Notes: generated by a model not told the origin, from the letters alone. A stretch of DNA of 64,000 nucleotides from an uncultured Pseudomonadota bacterium (GCA_963736005.1 CAVTNB010000003.1:224001-288000), one strand, 5' to 3'. Counted from the first letter of the stretch, positions 1 through 9,470 are shown. Numbers and translations: made by a program.

Positions 1-1030
1 ACGTCGCGGTGGTTTTTATGCCAACGGCCGGATCGCGGATGAGGCGGACGAGGACGGTCGCTGCAACACTCACGGCGCTTGCAGCTGCCAGCATGCGCAT
101 CTGTCGGGAGAGCGGCCCGCGCGCTCGTGCGACCGCCGCGCCCACAAGCGTCGGGATCGGCAGCACGAGCATCGCAAGATAACCTAAGACAGCGATGCCA
201 GCACCAAAGCGATTGCGCCGCACGCCCTCGTAAAAATTCTTGCGCCAGCCTCTCCACATTTCGCCAAAGCCCCGATACATGCGCACTCGTATGAGCTCGC
301 TGCCGTCGAGCATGCGTATCCGGTAACCGAAGCCTTTGAATCGCTCGGCAAGGTCGCGATCTTCGGCGATGGACGCTCGAACCGCGGCATGGCCTCCAAC
401 AAGCCAATACGCCGGCGCACGGACCAGCATGAAGCCTCCGGCTAAGAGCGCCGTTGGCAAGCGCTCGTCGTGGATGGCAAAGACCGGCATGGCCGAGAAG
501 ATGACTGACGCAATCACCGGCATAATCTGGCGCTCCCAAAAGGTTCCACACACAAGCGTCGAGGTGGCGGAGAGAGCATCCGCGTCAAGCACACGGGCGG
601 CCTGCAGCGCGCTCGGCAACGCCTCCGGCTGCATGCGCATGTCAGCGTCGCTAAAGAGCAGCCACGTGCCCCGGGCTCGTCGAGCTCCGAGGTATGCCGC
701 CCATGGCTTGCCGACCCAACCCGCTGGCGGCGGCGAGCCTTGCACTACCTCGACGCGCCGATCTTCCCCCGCGGCGCTAACAGCTGCCGCGAAGGTCTCG
801 TCCTGCGAATCGTCGTCGACCACAATGATCTGCAGATCGCGCACCCGCTGGCGTCTTGCATCAAAGACCCAGTCGGCAATATTGTTTGCCTCGTTTCTCG
901 CCGGCACAATGATTGACACCGCGTCGAGCTCTTCGAAGCTGCGCCTGCGGCGTATCGGGCGCAAGGCTCGCCGGTCTGCAATCGTCACGCCCGCAACGAC
1001 AAGCCAGGCGGCAGCGGCAACCAGGTGCAC
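1..1030 (-). CDS. Glycosyltransferase family 2 with N- and C-terminal TM segments (HpnB/CrtQ-like), 3' end truncated by window edge
   Basis: Manual minus-strand translation (absent from the ORF track because there is no stop in the window): VSIIVPARNE, IIVVDDDSQD, GWVGKPWA, LLFSDAD, SIAEDRDLA, RMYRG. Start is GTG 1030 or ATT 1054, uncertain. Confidence 0.85.
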   Translation of the reverse strand, partial: MHLVAAAAWLVVAGVTIADRRALRPIRRRRSFEELDAVSIIVPARNEANNIADWVFDARRQRVRDLQIIVVDDDSQDETFAAAVSAAGEDRRVEVVQGSPPPAGWVGKPWAAYLGARRARGTWLLFSDADMRMQPEALPSALQAARVLDADALSATSTLVCGTFWERQIMPVIASVIFSAMPVFAIHDERLPTALLAGGFMLVRAPAYWLVGGHAAVRASIAEDRDLAERFKGFGYRIRMLDGSELIRVRMYRGFGEMWRGWRKNFYEGVRRNRFGAGIAVLGYLAMLVLPIPTLVGAAVARARGPLSRQMRMLAAASAVSVAATVLVRLIRDPAVGIKTTAT

Positions 1031-1100
1031 AGCAAGAAACGAGGCTGGGCCAATCGCCCCGCCTCGTTTGCGCGCTCTGGGTCGCTCGCTTGACTGCGAG

Positions 1101-1487
1101 CTAGAATCCCTCGTCCGAATCGTCCGAGTACTCGTCTTCTTCTTCAGTAAACGGCTCTTCGAAATCTTCGCTCTCGTCGTAGCCGCCAATCGTGACCGAT
1201 TCTTCCTCTTCGATGTGCGTTTGCTCGAGCAACGGTTCTTCTTCGCTGCGGTGGGTACCATGCTTCGGTGCGGCACCATTGGCGCGCGCGGCCGAGTGCG
1301 GACCGCGCTTACCCAGCGTCCGCTTGGGCTTGGCGCTCTTGCTTGGCGCTTTCGCGCGAGTGCGGCTTTTCGGTTTGGGGCGTGGTGCGGGCTTGCGCGC
1401 GGCCGACTTGCGAGCCGCGCGTCGAACTGCCTTCTTTACCTTCTTGCTCGGCTTCGACGCCGAACGCTTCTTGCGGGTGGGGCTCAT
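1101..1487 (-). CDS. Small disordered protein with basic histone-H1-like N-half and acidic C-tail
   Basis: 128 aa ORF, strong AAGGAGG RBS, fills the gap between co-oriented genes. Confidence 0.75.
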   Translation of the reverse strand: MSPTRKKRSASKPSKKVKKAVRRAARKSAARKPAPRPKPKSRTRAKAPSKSAKPKRTLGKRGPHSAARANGAAPKHGTHRSEEEPLLEQTHIEEEESVTIGGYDESEDFEEPFTEEEDEYSDDSDEGF

Positions 1488-1553
1488 GTGCGCCTCCTTG
1501 AGCTCGTTCGGCCGGCCGGATTGTTTGGCCGGCCTGTAGTCTCCTGCAAAGCG

Positions 1554-2003
1554 CTAGGAATTCATCTCGCGCACGACCTCGAGCACGTGCGCCGCATGCC
1601 CCGGCACTTTGACGGCCTCGAAAACATACCTGACGTTGCCGTCCTTATCTATGACGAAGGTTGTGCGCCTCGCGTTGCTCGTGGGTTCGGTCAGCACGCC
1701 GAGCACAGTGCAGATGGAACCAGTTGGATCCGCCAACAGCGGTGGCTCGATCCCTTGAGCCTTTGCGAACGCGATATGCGACTCAACGGCGTCGCGGGAA
1801 ACCCCGACGAGTGCGGTGTTCAATGCGGCGAAGTCAGCGGACCGCTGACTGAAGTCTTGCGCCTCGACCGTTCAGCCGGACGTGGCGTCCTTGGGATACG
1901 CCCACAACACGACCGATTTCGACCCGCGGAAGTCGGCCAGGTCAAGGGTTCCGTATTGGGTTTGCCCCTTGATGGGAGGCAGTAGTTTACCAATTGTAAC
2001 CAT
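1554..2003 (-). CDS. bcp: Peroxiredoxin Bcp/PrxQ, probable selenocysteine at codon 44 (in-frame TGA 1872-1874)
   Basis: ORFs 1872..2120 and 1554..1823 share one frame. The joined product reads VVLWAYPKDATSG-U-TVEAQDF...VGVSRD...LLADP...RRTTFVIDKDG. GGAG RBS precedes ATG 2003. Confidence 0.88.
1827..1863 (-). promoter_or_regulatory. Putative bacterial SECIS element
   Basis: mRNA after UGA: GGCG...AGUCAGCG-GUC-CGCUGACU-U-CGCC. Perfect 8-bp upper stem; the apical loop starts with GU and lies 29 nt from UGA. Confidence 0.75.
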
Positions 2004-2014
2004 GGCATTCTCCA

Positions 2015-2347
2015 TTAGTGTTTGATCGGAACCAAGGGGCGCACTTCGAGGATTTGGTCGCCGACCCAGATGAGGGTGGGCGTACCTTTCACGGGCACGA
2101 ACCGGGCGCGGAGCCGGCACGCGCCGATGTCAACTTCCCAGATGTAGACCTGGCCCTCATAGAGCGTGTTCGAGCTTTTCGCAAAGGTCGTCGCACGGAA
2201 GGCAGCTTCTTCGGGATGCTCGCGCGGCACGAGTCCGACTTCGAGCTGCCCAACAAACGGCGCATGAAGATACACGGAGATGTTGATCACATCACCTGGG
2301 TTGTACACCTCTTTGTTCGCCGTGAGAACCACGCGTTCGATCTGCAT
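2015..2347 (-). CDS. Hypothetical protein, beta-rich (Ig-like?)
   Basis: Start trimmed to MQIERVVLTANKEVYNPGD to avoid overlap with glcD; ends 11 nt before the bcp start. Confidence 0.55.
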   Translation of the reverse strand: MQIERVVLTANKEVYNPGDVINISVYLHAPFVGQLEVGLVPREHPEEAAFRATTFAKSSNTLYEGQVYIWEVDIGACRLRARFVPVKGTPTLIWVGDQILEVRPLVPIKH

Positions 2348-2405
2348 CCGGCGCTCGTCGTTCGAGCCGGGGGCGCTTCGACCTTGCGACGAATGAGTGT
2401 TTTCC

Positions 2406-3863
2406 ATGAATGACGCCATCTTCGAACGGCTGGCTGCCATCGTTGGTCGCGACCACGCGACGATCCAGCCCGGCGATCTCTCGAACTATCAATACGATGG
2501 TTCTGCGGATCACGCCCTGCCGGAGGCCGTGGTCTCGCCGGGCAGCGCCCAGGAAGTTGCGGCGCTCGTCGCCCTGTGCAATGAATATGACTGCCCATAT
2601 CTCGCTCGCGGTGCGGGCACGGGACTCTCCGGCGGAGCCATCCCCGAGAGCGGTGGTGTCGTTCTCTCCATGGCGCGCCTGTGCCGGATCTTGGAGATCG
2701 ATCCTGTCAATCGGCTGGCAGTTGTCGAACCTGGCGTCGTCAATGCAAACATCAGCAGCGCGGTGAAACACCTCGGCTTGCAGTTCGTTCCCGATCCGTC
2801 CAGCCAAGGCGTATGCACGATCGGCGGCAACGTTGCCGAGAATTCGGGCGGCCTGCACTGCTTGGCGTATGGGGTGACCTCGCATCACGTGCTTGGCTGC
2901 GAAGTCGTGACGCCGCAGGGTGATATCGTGTGGTTCGGCGGAAAAACGGCTGACGCGCCAGGCTACGATCTGTTAGGAGTCTTTATCGGTTCCGAGGGCA
3001 CGCTCGGGATCGCGACCAAGATCGTCGTAAAGCTGACGCCCGTACGTCAAAGCTCCCGCACGTTGCTTGCGGTGTACGATGCAATTGACGATGCATCGCG
3101 GACCGTTTCGGACATCATCGCGGGTGGCATCATTCCGGCCGCACTGGAAATGATGGATCAGCTTTCGACTGCAACCATCGAAGCGTTCGTGCACGCTGGG
3201 TTTCCGACAGATGCGGGAGCCGTCCTTATCGTTGAGGTTGAGGGACTACCCGACAGTGCCGCCGAGTCAGCCGAGGCGGTTCGCGGCATTTGCACTCGCA
3301 ATGGCGCCCGTGAGGTGCGCGAAGCTCGCGATGCGGCAGAACGCGAGCGCATTTGGCTCGGGCGCAAGAGCGCCTTCGGGGCCATGGGAAGGCTCAGCAA
3401 GAGCTACTATGTTGCCGACGGGGTGATTCCGCGAACTAAGCTGCCGCAGGTGCTAGCTCAGGTCGCCGAGATCGGCGCGCGCTATGGCCTGCGGATCGCC
3501 AATGTCTTTCACGCCGGCGATGGCAATTTGCATCCGCTGATTGCCTTCGACGATCGAAAGCCGGGGGACTACGAGCGGACGGTCGCCGCGGCGGCTGACA
3601 TTCTTCGCGCCTGCGTGGAGGCGGGCGGCAGCATCTCGGGCGAGCATGGCATTGGTATCGAAAAACGTGACTGTATGACGCTGCAGTACGGCGCTGCGGA
3701 CCTTGCGCTGATGGCAAAACTCAAGTCGGCTTTTAATCCGCGCGGTCTCTGCAATCCAGCCAAAATGTTCCCCACTTCGCGCCGCTGTGGCGAGAGCTCG
3801 CGAATTCACGCAAGCGGCAAGCTGTCCGCCGACGTCGAGCGCTCCATCGGGCCGGCATTCTGA
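2406..3863 (+). CDS. glcD: Glycolate oxidase subunit GlcD (FAD-linked oxidase)
   Basis: RGAGTGLSGG, PDPSSQ, CTIGGNVAENSGG, HAGDGNLHP, GEHGIGIEK. Confidence 0.92.
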   Translation: MNDAIFERLAAIVGRDHATIQPGDLSNYQYDGSADHALPEAVVSPGSAQEVAALVALCNEYDCPYLARGAGTGLSGGAIPESGGVVLSMARLCRILEIDPVNRLAVVEPGVVNANISSAVKHLGLQFVPDPSSQGVCTIGGNVAENSGGLHCLAYGVTSHHVLGCEVVTPQGDIVWFGGKTADAPGYDLLGVFIGSEGTLGIATKIVVKLTPVRQSSRTLLAVYDAIDDASRTVSDIIAGGIIPAALEMMDQLSTATIEAFVHAGFPTDAGAVLIVEVEGLPDSAAESAEAVRGICTRNGAREVREARDAAERERIWLGRKSAFGAMGRLSKSYYVADGVIPRTKLPQVLAQVAEIGARYGLRIANVFHAGDGNLHPLIAFDDRKPGDYERTVAAAADILRACVEAGGSISGEHGIGIEKRDCMTLQYGAADLALMAKLKSAFNPRGLCNPAKMFPTSRRCGESSRIHASGKLSADVERSIGPAF

Positions 3864-5212
3864 TGCCTCGCAACGAGCTGCGAACGCTGAACCTTCCGAT
3901 CGCCGAGGAACTCGGACGGCGCGCCGGCATCCGGCCTCGCGTCCGTCCGGAGGAGTGTGCATCCTATGCGATCGCAGGTAAAGTCCCTAAGCTCGTCTTT
4001 TCGCCGCGCACGCTCTCAGAGGCATCCAAGACGATCCAGACGCTGACAGCCGAGGGTGCAAGCGTCATCGTACGTGGCGCCGGCACGAAGCAATTCCAGC
4101 CACCCTCGCCTGTGGACGTCGACGTCGTCTTGGATGCAACCCGGTGCAGTGGCGTGATCGACTACGTCCCAGCCGATCTCACGGTGACGGTTTTCGCCGG
4201 CACGACCTTTGTCGAGCTTGCGGAGGTTTTGCGAGCGCAACAACAATTTTTTGCGGCTGATCCTCCGTTTGCAAGCGATGCGACCATCGGCGGAATTTTG
4301 TCAGCCCGCAGCTCGGGAGCGCTGCGCCAGCAGTATGGGACTCCTCGCGACAACGTGCTCGGCATGCGCGTGTGCCTATCGGACGGAAGCATCGCGTTCA
4401 CCGGATCGAAAGTGGTCAAGAGCGTGGCCGGCTACGACATCGCCAAGCTCTTTGTGGGAGCGCGAGGTACGCTGGGCTTTATCGGCGAGGTGACGCTCAA
4501 GGTTGCGCCGCTTCCCGCGGAGCAACGTGGCGTCGTCGCGACGTTTTCCAGTGCGAGCCAAGCCTGTGCGGCGGTGGCGCAGATGAGTTCCCATGCGCTT
4601 TTCCCCATGGCGACAACGATGCACGACGCCGCTTCGACCCGGCACATTCGAGCGCTCGGACACGTGGGTGATGGCGACTGGACGCTTGTGGTGCGCTGCG
4701 GCGGATCGCGAGCGGGCGCAGGTACGCTTGCCGACGCCCTGAGCAAAGTCTGCATGCAAAGCGGGGCGCGTTCGACCTTGTTGCTCGATCACGATAGAAT
4801 CTTGTTTGGGTGGTCGGACATAGCCGAACTTGCGGGGGGCGCCATGTATGCCGCCGATCGATTCTTGAATTGCGAAATTACGTGCTTACCTTCAGAAGTG
4901 CCGGCTGTGTGCGCCATGGGCCAAACGCATGGCGGGAACGCGGAGGTCAGTGCACATCCGCACGCTGGCATCGTCTTCATGCATATTGATGCCACGCGGC
5001 ATGACGACCTCACAGGCGCATTGCATCTCATACAGGCCGAGGCGGAAGCAAACGGTTGGAGCATCGCGTATTTGCGGGCGCCACTCCCGTTGGGCGCAAA
5101 GCTGCGACAACCCGTGCCGCCGAGTTCACCAATCTTTCTCATGCGGCGCGTCAAGGCCGCCCTCGATCCAACTGGTACCTTCGATCCCGGCCGTTTTCTG
5201 GGTGGAATCTAA
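3863..5212 (+). CDS. glcE: Glycolate oxidase FAD-binding subunit GlcE
   Basis: ATIGG, KVVKSVAGYD, GTLG, C-terminal KAALDP; lies between glcD and glcF. Confidence 0.88.
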   Translation: MPRNELRTLNLPIAEELGRRAGIRPRVRPEECASYAIAGKVPKLVFSPRTLSEASKTIQTLTAEGASVIVRGAGTKQFQPPSPVDVDVVLDATRCSGVIDYVPADLTVTVFAGTTFVELAEVLRAQQQFFAADPPFASDATIGGILSARSSGALRQQYGTPRDNVLGMRVCLSDGSIAFTGSKVVKSVAGYDIAKLFVGARGTLGFIGEVTLKVAPLPAEQRGVVATFSSASQACAAVAQMSSHALFPMATTMHDAASTRHIRALGHVGDGDWTLVVRCGGSRAGAGTLADALSKVCMQSGARSTLLLDHDRILFGWSDIAELAGGAMYAADRFLNCEITCLPSEVPAVCAMGQTHGGNAEVSAHPHAGIVFMHIDATRHDDLTGALHLIQAEAEANGWSIAYLRAPLPLGAKLRQPVPPSSPIFLMRRVKAALDPTGTFDPGRFLGGI

Positions 5213-5219
5213 ATCGCTC

Positions 5220-6515
5220 ATGGACAGCGCAACCGGTTACTCGGGCGAACCTCGGCCTGAGCTTGCGGATCTCGACCTGTGCACCCGCTGCGGCTTGTGC
5301 GAGCAAGCATGCCCGACGTATCGCGTCTTGCATTTCGAACCCGACTCGCCGCGAGGCCGAGTCTTCCTTATGAAGCAGGTCGCGGAAGGCTCGGCTGCTA
5401 TCGATGCGAACCTCGCCGACCATCTCTATCAGTGTCTGGGATGTCGAGCCTGCGAGACCGTTTGCCCGGCGGGCGTTCCCTTCGGCAAACTGCTCGAGCG
5501 CGGACGTTATCAAATTGAGCAGCAAGGCGAACTCTCGCCGCACAGGAGAGGATGGAGACGTTTCCGCGCGCTCGCATTCGAGCATGTGTTGCCATCCCCG
5601 TGGCTCTTTCAGACGGCGATGCTTCCGGTGAGCGCCTTGCAGCAAGTTCCACCGTTCTTGCGCTTTGTTCAATCCCTGCCGTTGCCGAGACGACTTGCTC
5701 AGCTCGTGCGGATGATTCCCCGAAACCAAACCACAACCGGCTCTGTACGGGGCGATTGGAAAATCGCCCCCGCTATTGGCAAACACCGCGCTCGCGTTGG
5801 GTTGTTCCTTGGTTGCGTCATGCGCTCGCTCTTTGGCAACGTTCACCAAGCGACTGTGCGCGTCTTGACGCATAACGGCTGCGAAGTCGTCATTCCGAAG
5901 GGCCAATGGTGCTGTGGGGCGCTCAACGTCCACGCGGGCGAGCGCGACTTTGCCGCTAAGATGGCAGCGCGAAACGTTCGAGCATTTTCAAACTTGGGGC
6001 TAGACGCCATCATCGTGAACTCAGCTGGTTGCGGGGCGACCATGAAAGAGTACGCAGAATTGTTGCCTGGCGATGGTTCGGCAGAGGACTTTGCCGCAAA
6101 GGTGCGCGATGTCAACGAATTTGTCGGTGAGGTTGCCTTGCGACCGACACTTCATACGCTTCGTGGCCGGGTGACGTATCAGGACGCTTGTCACCTCGCG
6201 CACGGACAGCGAGTGCGCGGGCAACCGCGTGATCTACTTCGGCAGATCCCCGGCCTCAAGTACGTCGAGCTACGCGGTGCCGACGAGTGTTGTGGTGCTG
6301 CCGGCGTCTACAGTGTGACCCACCCCGACCTTGCGTCGTCAATCCTGGAGAGAAAACTTGACGATATCAAAGCTAGCGGGGCAGACATCGTCGCCACGGC
6401 GAATCCGGGGTGCGCTATGCAGCTGCAGGCAGGTCTGCTAAGCTGGAAAGTGGACGCAAGGGTCTGCCACGTGATCGAGCTCGTGGCTGAGTCTTACGCG
6501 GCGGGACATATGTAG
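5220..6515 (+). CDS. glcF: Glycolate oxidase iron-sulfur subunit GlcF
   Basis: Two CxxCxxCxxxCP motifs, CCG domains, YQDACHLAHGQ, TANPGC. Start set at ATG 5220. Confidence 0.92.
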   Translation: MDSATGYSGEPRPELADLDLCTRCGLCEQACPTYRVLHFEPDSPRGRVFLMKQVAEGSAAIDANLADHLYQCLGCRACETVCPAGVPFGKLLERGRYQIEQQGELSPHRRGWRRFRALAFEHVLPSPWLFQTAMLPVSALQQVPPFLRFVQSLPLPRRLAQLVRMIPRNQTTTGSVRGDWKIAPAIGKHRARVGLFLGCVMRSLFGNVHQATVRVLTHNGCEVVIPKGQWCCGALNVHAGERDFAAKMAARNVRAFSNLGLDAIIVNSAGCGATMKEYAELLPGDGSAEDFAAKVRDVNEFVGEVALRPTLHTLRGRVTYQDACHLAHGQRVRGQPRDLLRQIPGLKYVELRGADECCGAAGVYSVTHPDLASSILERKLDDIKASGADIVATANPGCAMQLQAGLLSWKVDARVCHVIELVAESYAAGHM

Positions 6516-6536
6516 CGGGCGATTGGAAAATCGCCT
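6512..6536 (+). repeat. GTAG-REP type A overlapping the glcF stop codon
   Basis: GTAGC-GGGCGATT-GGAA-AATCGCCT; TAG 6513-6515 is the glcF stop. Confidence 0.85.
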
Positions 6537-6551
6537 GATTGGCCCTGGGCA

Positions 6552-6662
6552 GTCCGCCCAAGAATGTAGCGGCGGACCTTTAGGTCCGCCCAAGAATGTA
6601 GCGGCGGACCTTTAGGTCCGCCAAAAGCGTGACTGGGACCGGACCTGAAGGTCCGCTGCTAC
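6552..6662. repeat. GTAG-REP type B cluster: two tandem copies (32-nt period) plus one inverted copy
   Basis: GTAGC-GGCGGACC-TTTA-GGTCCGCC at 6566-6590 and 6598-6622; inverted CGGACC-TGAA-GGTCCG-CTGCTAC at 6640-6662. Confidence 0.88.
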
Positions 6663-6752
6663 ACGGGCGGTGGGCTCGGGCGCACAGCGGAGGTGGAGCT
6701 GTCACAATGCCCGTAGGACGCCAGTCACATATACAGGGACACTAATATATAC

Positions 6753-9437
6753 ATGGCCTCTTCGCCGTCTTTTCCCGGAGGCTCGCAACCGCTGCACGAC
6801 GGGCGTGATTCAAGCTCGCCGCCGAGTGCGGCTACTCCCGCTTTAGGCCCGTCGTCGGACCAGCAACCGTTCTATGGACGCCTCCTCGGACTTTCGTCCG
6901 GCTCTGAGGATCACTTCTTTGCGAACCTTCATGGCGTGCTTCGCGATTTCGTCGACGCGCCGATCCTCGTCGCTGCAACTGCTGACGCGACAACCCCTGA
7001 CGGCTATCGTTTGCAGTACCAACGTAATGTCGACGAACGCGACGCCCTCCCAATCATCGACAGAAAGTTTATCAGCCAAGCGCTGCGCAGCGGCCGTACG
7101 ATGCTCTTTGGCCGCTTGCCGAAACTTCCAACCGGTGGCTACCTGCAATCCACGGGAGACGGCGCAGGCTCGATCTTAGTGGCGCCCATGCGGCACGATG
7201 GGAAAATGCTCGGCTACATCGGTGTGCGCACGCGGCGCGAAGGCATGTACGGCGATCGCGAACTCGAGTTCGTCAGCGCGGCGGCCGACCTCGCCGCAGT
7301 AACCGTTCGCAGTAAACTCGTTGGCGAGGAAGCTCGCGCCCGCAGCACCGAGCTGCGGCTCATGCTCGAAGCCGCACGCGCGCTCTCGGCGGAACGAGAT
7401 TTGCGCCGTCTGTTCTCGCGTCTGCATCGACTCGTTGGGAACGTGATGGATGCAGGAACGTTCTATGTGGCGCTTGGCTCGTGGGAGCAACGCGTCATGA
7501 CGCTCCCCTACTGCGTCGATCATTACAAGCTCGTCGATCCCGGCGGACCAATTCCCCTTGAGGGGTCCCTTTCAGGGCACGTCTTCCGTGAGGGTACACC
7601 CATCATCGTGCGAACTGCAGAAGATTGGCGCCGCTATCCTTGGATCGAGCGCGGCGACGACAATGACTCCCCGATCTCCGCTCTGGCCGTCCCCATGCGC
7701 ATCGGGGCGCGAACGATCGGCGTCATTTGCGCTCAAAGCTCTCGGTCGCACGCGTATACCGAGCGCGATCGTGACGTCATGGTCGCCATCGCCGAGCAGG
7801 CGGCGATCGCTGTCGAAAATTCTCAACACCTCAGCCGCGCCGACCAGCGCGCGAGAGAACTCCAACTGCTCGCCGAAGTCTCGCGCGCGCTCTCGTCGCA
7901 ACTCTCTATTCGCGCCCTCTGCCAGACGGTGTGCAACGAAGTGCGTCGCGTCATGGACGCGAAGGTCTTCTTTGTTGCGCTCGCCGCCGAGCGAGGCAAC
8001 GCCATGCAACTCGAATTTGCGATCGAGGGTGAGGAAGTACTCGAAAACGAACCCGTGCCGCTCGAAAATTCATTTGCCAAGCGCGTAATGGAAACGCGCC
8101 AACCCATCGTGCTCCAGACTGGCGAAGAGATCAACCAGCAACCGCATCGCACGATTCATCGCAACGAGCACGGATCGGTCCGATCACTGGCCATGGCGCC
8201 GTTGCGCTTGGGCGACCGCTGCATCGGCGTGATGTCTGCTCAGTCATATAACGAACGCGCCTTCGATGACACGAGCGTCCGCTTGCTCACCGCCATTGGC
8301 GAACAGCTCGCGCTTGCGGTGCAAAATGCTCAACTCTTCGGCGATGCGAAGAGCCGTGCGGATCGAGATCCGCTGACAAATCTCTTCCACCATCGCTATC
8401 TCAAGACACGCCTCGAGGAAGAGATCTCTCGCTCGCGCTTCACCAATCTGCCGCTCGTCGTTTTGATGATGGATATCGACAACTTCAAGCTGGTCAACGA
8501 CACGTACGGCCATCCAGCTGGCGACGATGCGCTACGCATGCTGACAGCCGTTTTGCTTGCCACCTGCCGGGGATCGGACGTCATCGGACGCTATGGTGGC
8601 GACGAGTTCATGATCATCTTGCCCGATACGGATGTGGAAGCAGGCTTGCGCATCGCCGAGCGCATCGAAGCTGAAGTTGCGGGCCGCGAGCTGCATCTCA
8701 ATCAGAGCACCTCGATTCCGCTTCGCTGCTCGATCGGTCTCGCGTCCGTACCCGCAGACGGCCGCACGCCGTCGGATATCATCGCAAAGGCGGATGCTGC
8801 GCTCTACCAGAGCAAGCGTCAAGGCCGCCCCATGGCGCGCCTGCAGAGAGTCGGCACGACGCAACTTCGTCTCGAGGGCAACTTCGAACCCGTCTCCGAG
8901 CTCTTGGCCGCGCTTTTGGCGCGTGATCCCGCGACGCGAAGCCACCTAGAACACGTCAACCGCTTAGGAAAAGAGTTTGCCGAGTTGCTGCGCTTGTCCA
9001 AAGCCGACACGCAATCGCTGCTGCTCGCGAGCGTCCTGCACGACATCGGCAAGATTGCAATTCCGGACCAAGTGCTTCGAAAGCCAGGTCGGCTGACCCG
9101 CGATGAGTACGATCTCATTCGGCGCCACCCCCAGATTGGGGCCATGCTCATCGAACACATACCGGGATTTAAAGACGCCGCGAATGCCGTACTGCACCAT
9201 CACGAACGATTCGACGGCCGCGGCTACCCATTCAAACTCGCTGGCGAGGATATTCCCATCTTGGCGCGCATCGTGACGCTCATCGATGCCTTCTCCGCGA
9301 TGGTCATGGATCGTCCGTACCATAAAGGCATGGACGAGAGCGAGTCGCTCGCCGAATTGGAAAAAGGCGCAGGTACGCAGTTTGACCCGAAGTTGGTCTC
9401 GACATTCGCCAAGATGATCGAACCGAAGCCTCACTAG
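6753..9437 (+). CDS. GAF(x3)-GGDEF-HD-GYP c-di-GMP cyclase/phosphodiesterase
   Basis: DPLTNL, DIDNFKLVNDTYGH, RGSD-x5-GGDEF, LHDIGK, HHERFDGRGYP, RPY. Confidence 0.92.
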   Translation: MASSPSFPGGSQPLHDGRDSSSPPSAATPALGPSSDQQPFYGRLLGLSSGSEDHFFANLHGVLRDFVDAPILVAATADATTPDGYRLQYQRNVDERDALPIIDRKFISQALRSGRTMLFGRLPKLPTGGYLQSTGDGAGSILVAPMRHDGKMLGYIGVRTRREGMYGDRELEFVSAAADLAAVTVRSKLVGEEARARSTELRLMLEAARALSAERDLRRLFSRLHRLVGNVMDAGTFYVALGSWEQRVMTLPYCVDHYKLVDPGGPIPLEGSLSGHVFREGTPIIVRTAEDWRRYPWIERGDDNDSPISALAVPMRIGARTIGVICAQSSRSHAYTERDRDVMVAIAEQAAIAVENSQHLSRADQRARELQLLAEVSRALSSQLSIRALCQTVCNEVRRVMDAKVFFVALAAERGNAMQLEFAIEGEEVLENEPVPLENSFAKRVMETRQPIVLQTGEEINQQPHRTIHRNEHGSVRSLAMAPLRLGDRCIGVMSAQSYNERAFDDTSVRLLTAIGEQLALAVQNAQLFGDAKSRADRDPLTNLFHHRYLKTRLEEEISRSRFTNLPLVVLMMDIDNFKLVNDTYGHPAGDDALRMLTAVLLATCRGSDVIGRYGGDEFMIILPDTDVEAGLRIAERIEAEVAGRELHLNQSTSIPLRCSIGLASVPADGRTPSDIIAKADAALYQSKRQGRPMARLQRVGTTQLRLEGNFEPVSELLAALLARDPATRSHLEHVNRLGKEFAELLRLSKADTQSLLLASVLHDIGKIAIPDQVLRKPGRLTRDEYDLIRRHPQIGAMLIEHIPGFKDAANAVLHHHERFDGRGYPFKLAGEDIPILARIVTLIDAFSAMVMDRPYHKGMDESESLAELEKGAGTQFDPKLVSTFAKMIEPKPH

Positions 9438-9470
9438 GTACAGCGCCACTTTGTCCTGAAGCGTTCGCCC

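Noticed and set aside
1832..1850. SECIS hairpin derived from REP type B (shared CAGCGGACC)
   Set aside because: Only a 9-nt match, no GTAG tag, and it encodes a normal Bcp helix.
336..1985. 549-aa plus-strand ORF
   Set aside because: Antisense shadow of three better-supported minus-strand genes; no recognisable motifs.
1554..2003. bcp pseudogene or alternative genetic code (TGA=Trp/Gly)
   Set aside because: The TGA falls exactly on the catalytic Cys with a SECIS-like hairpin, and many genes here (glcD, nuoC, nuoD, nuoG) end in TGA.
6552..6622. CRISPR-like 32-nt direct repeats
   Set aside because: The 7-nt linkers are identical and too short; these are tandem REP copies.
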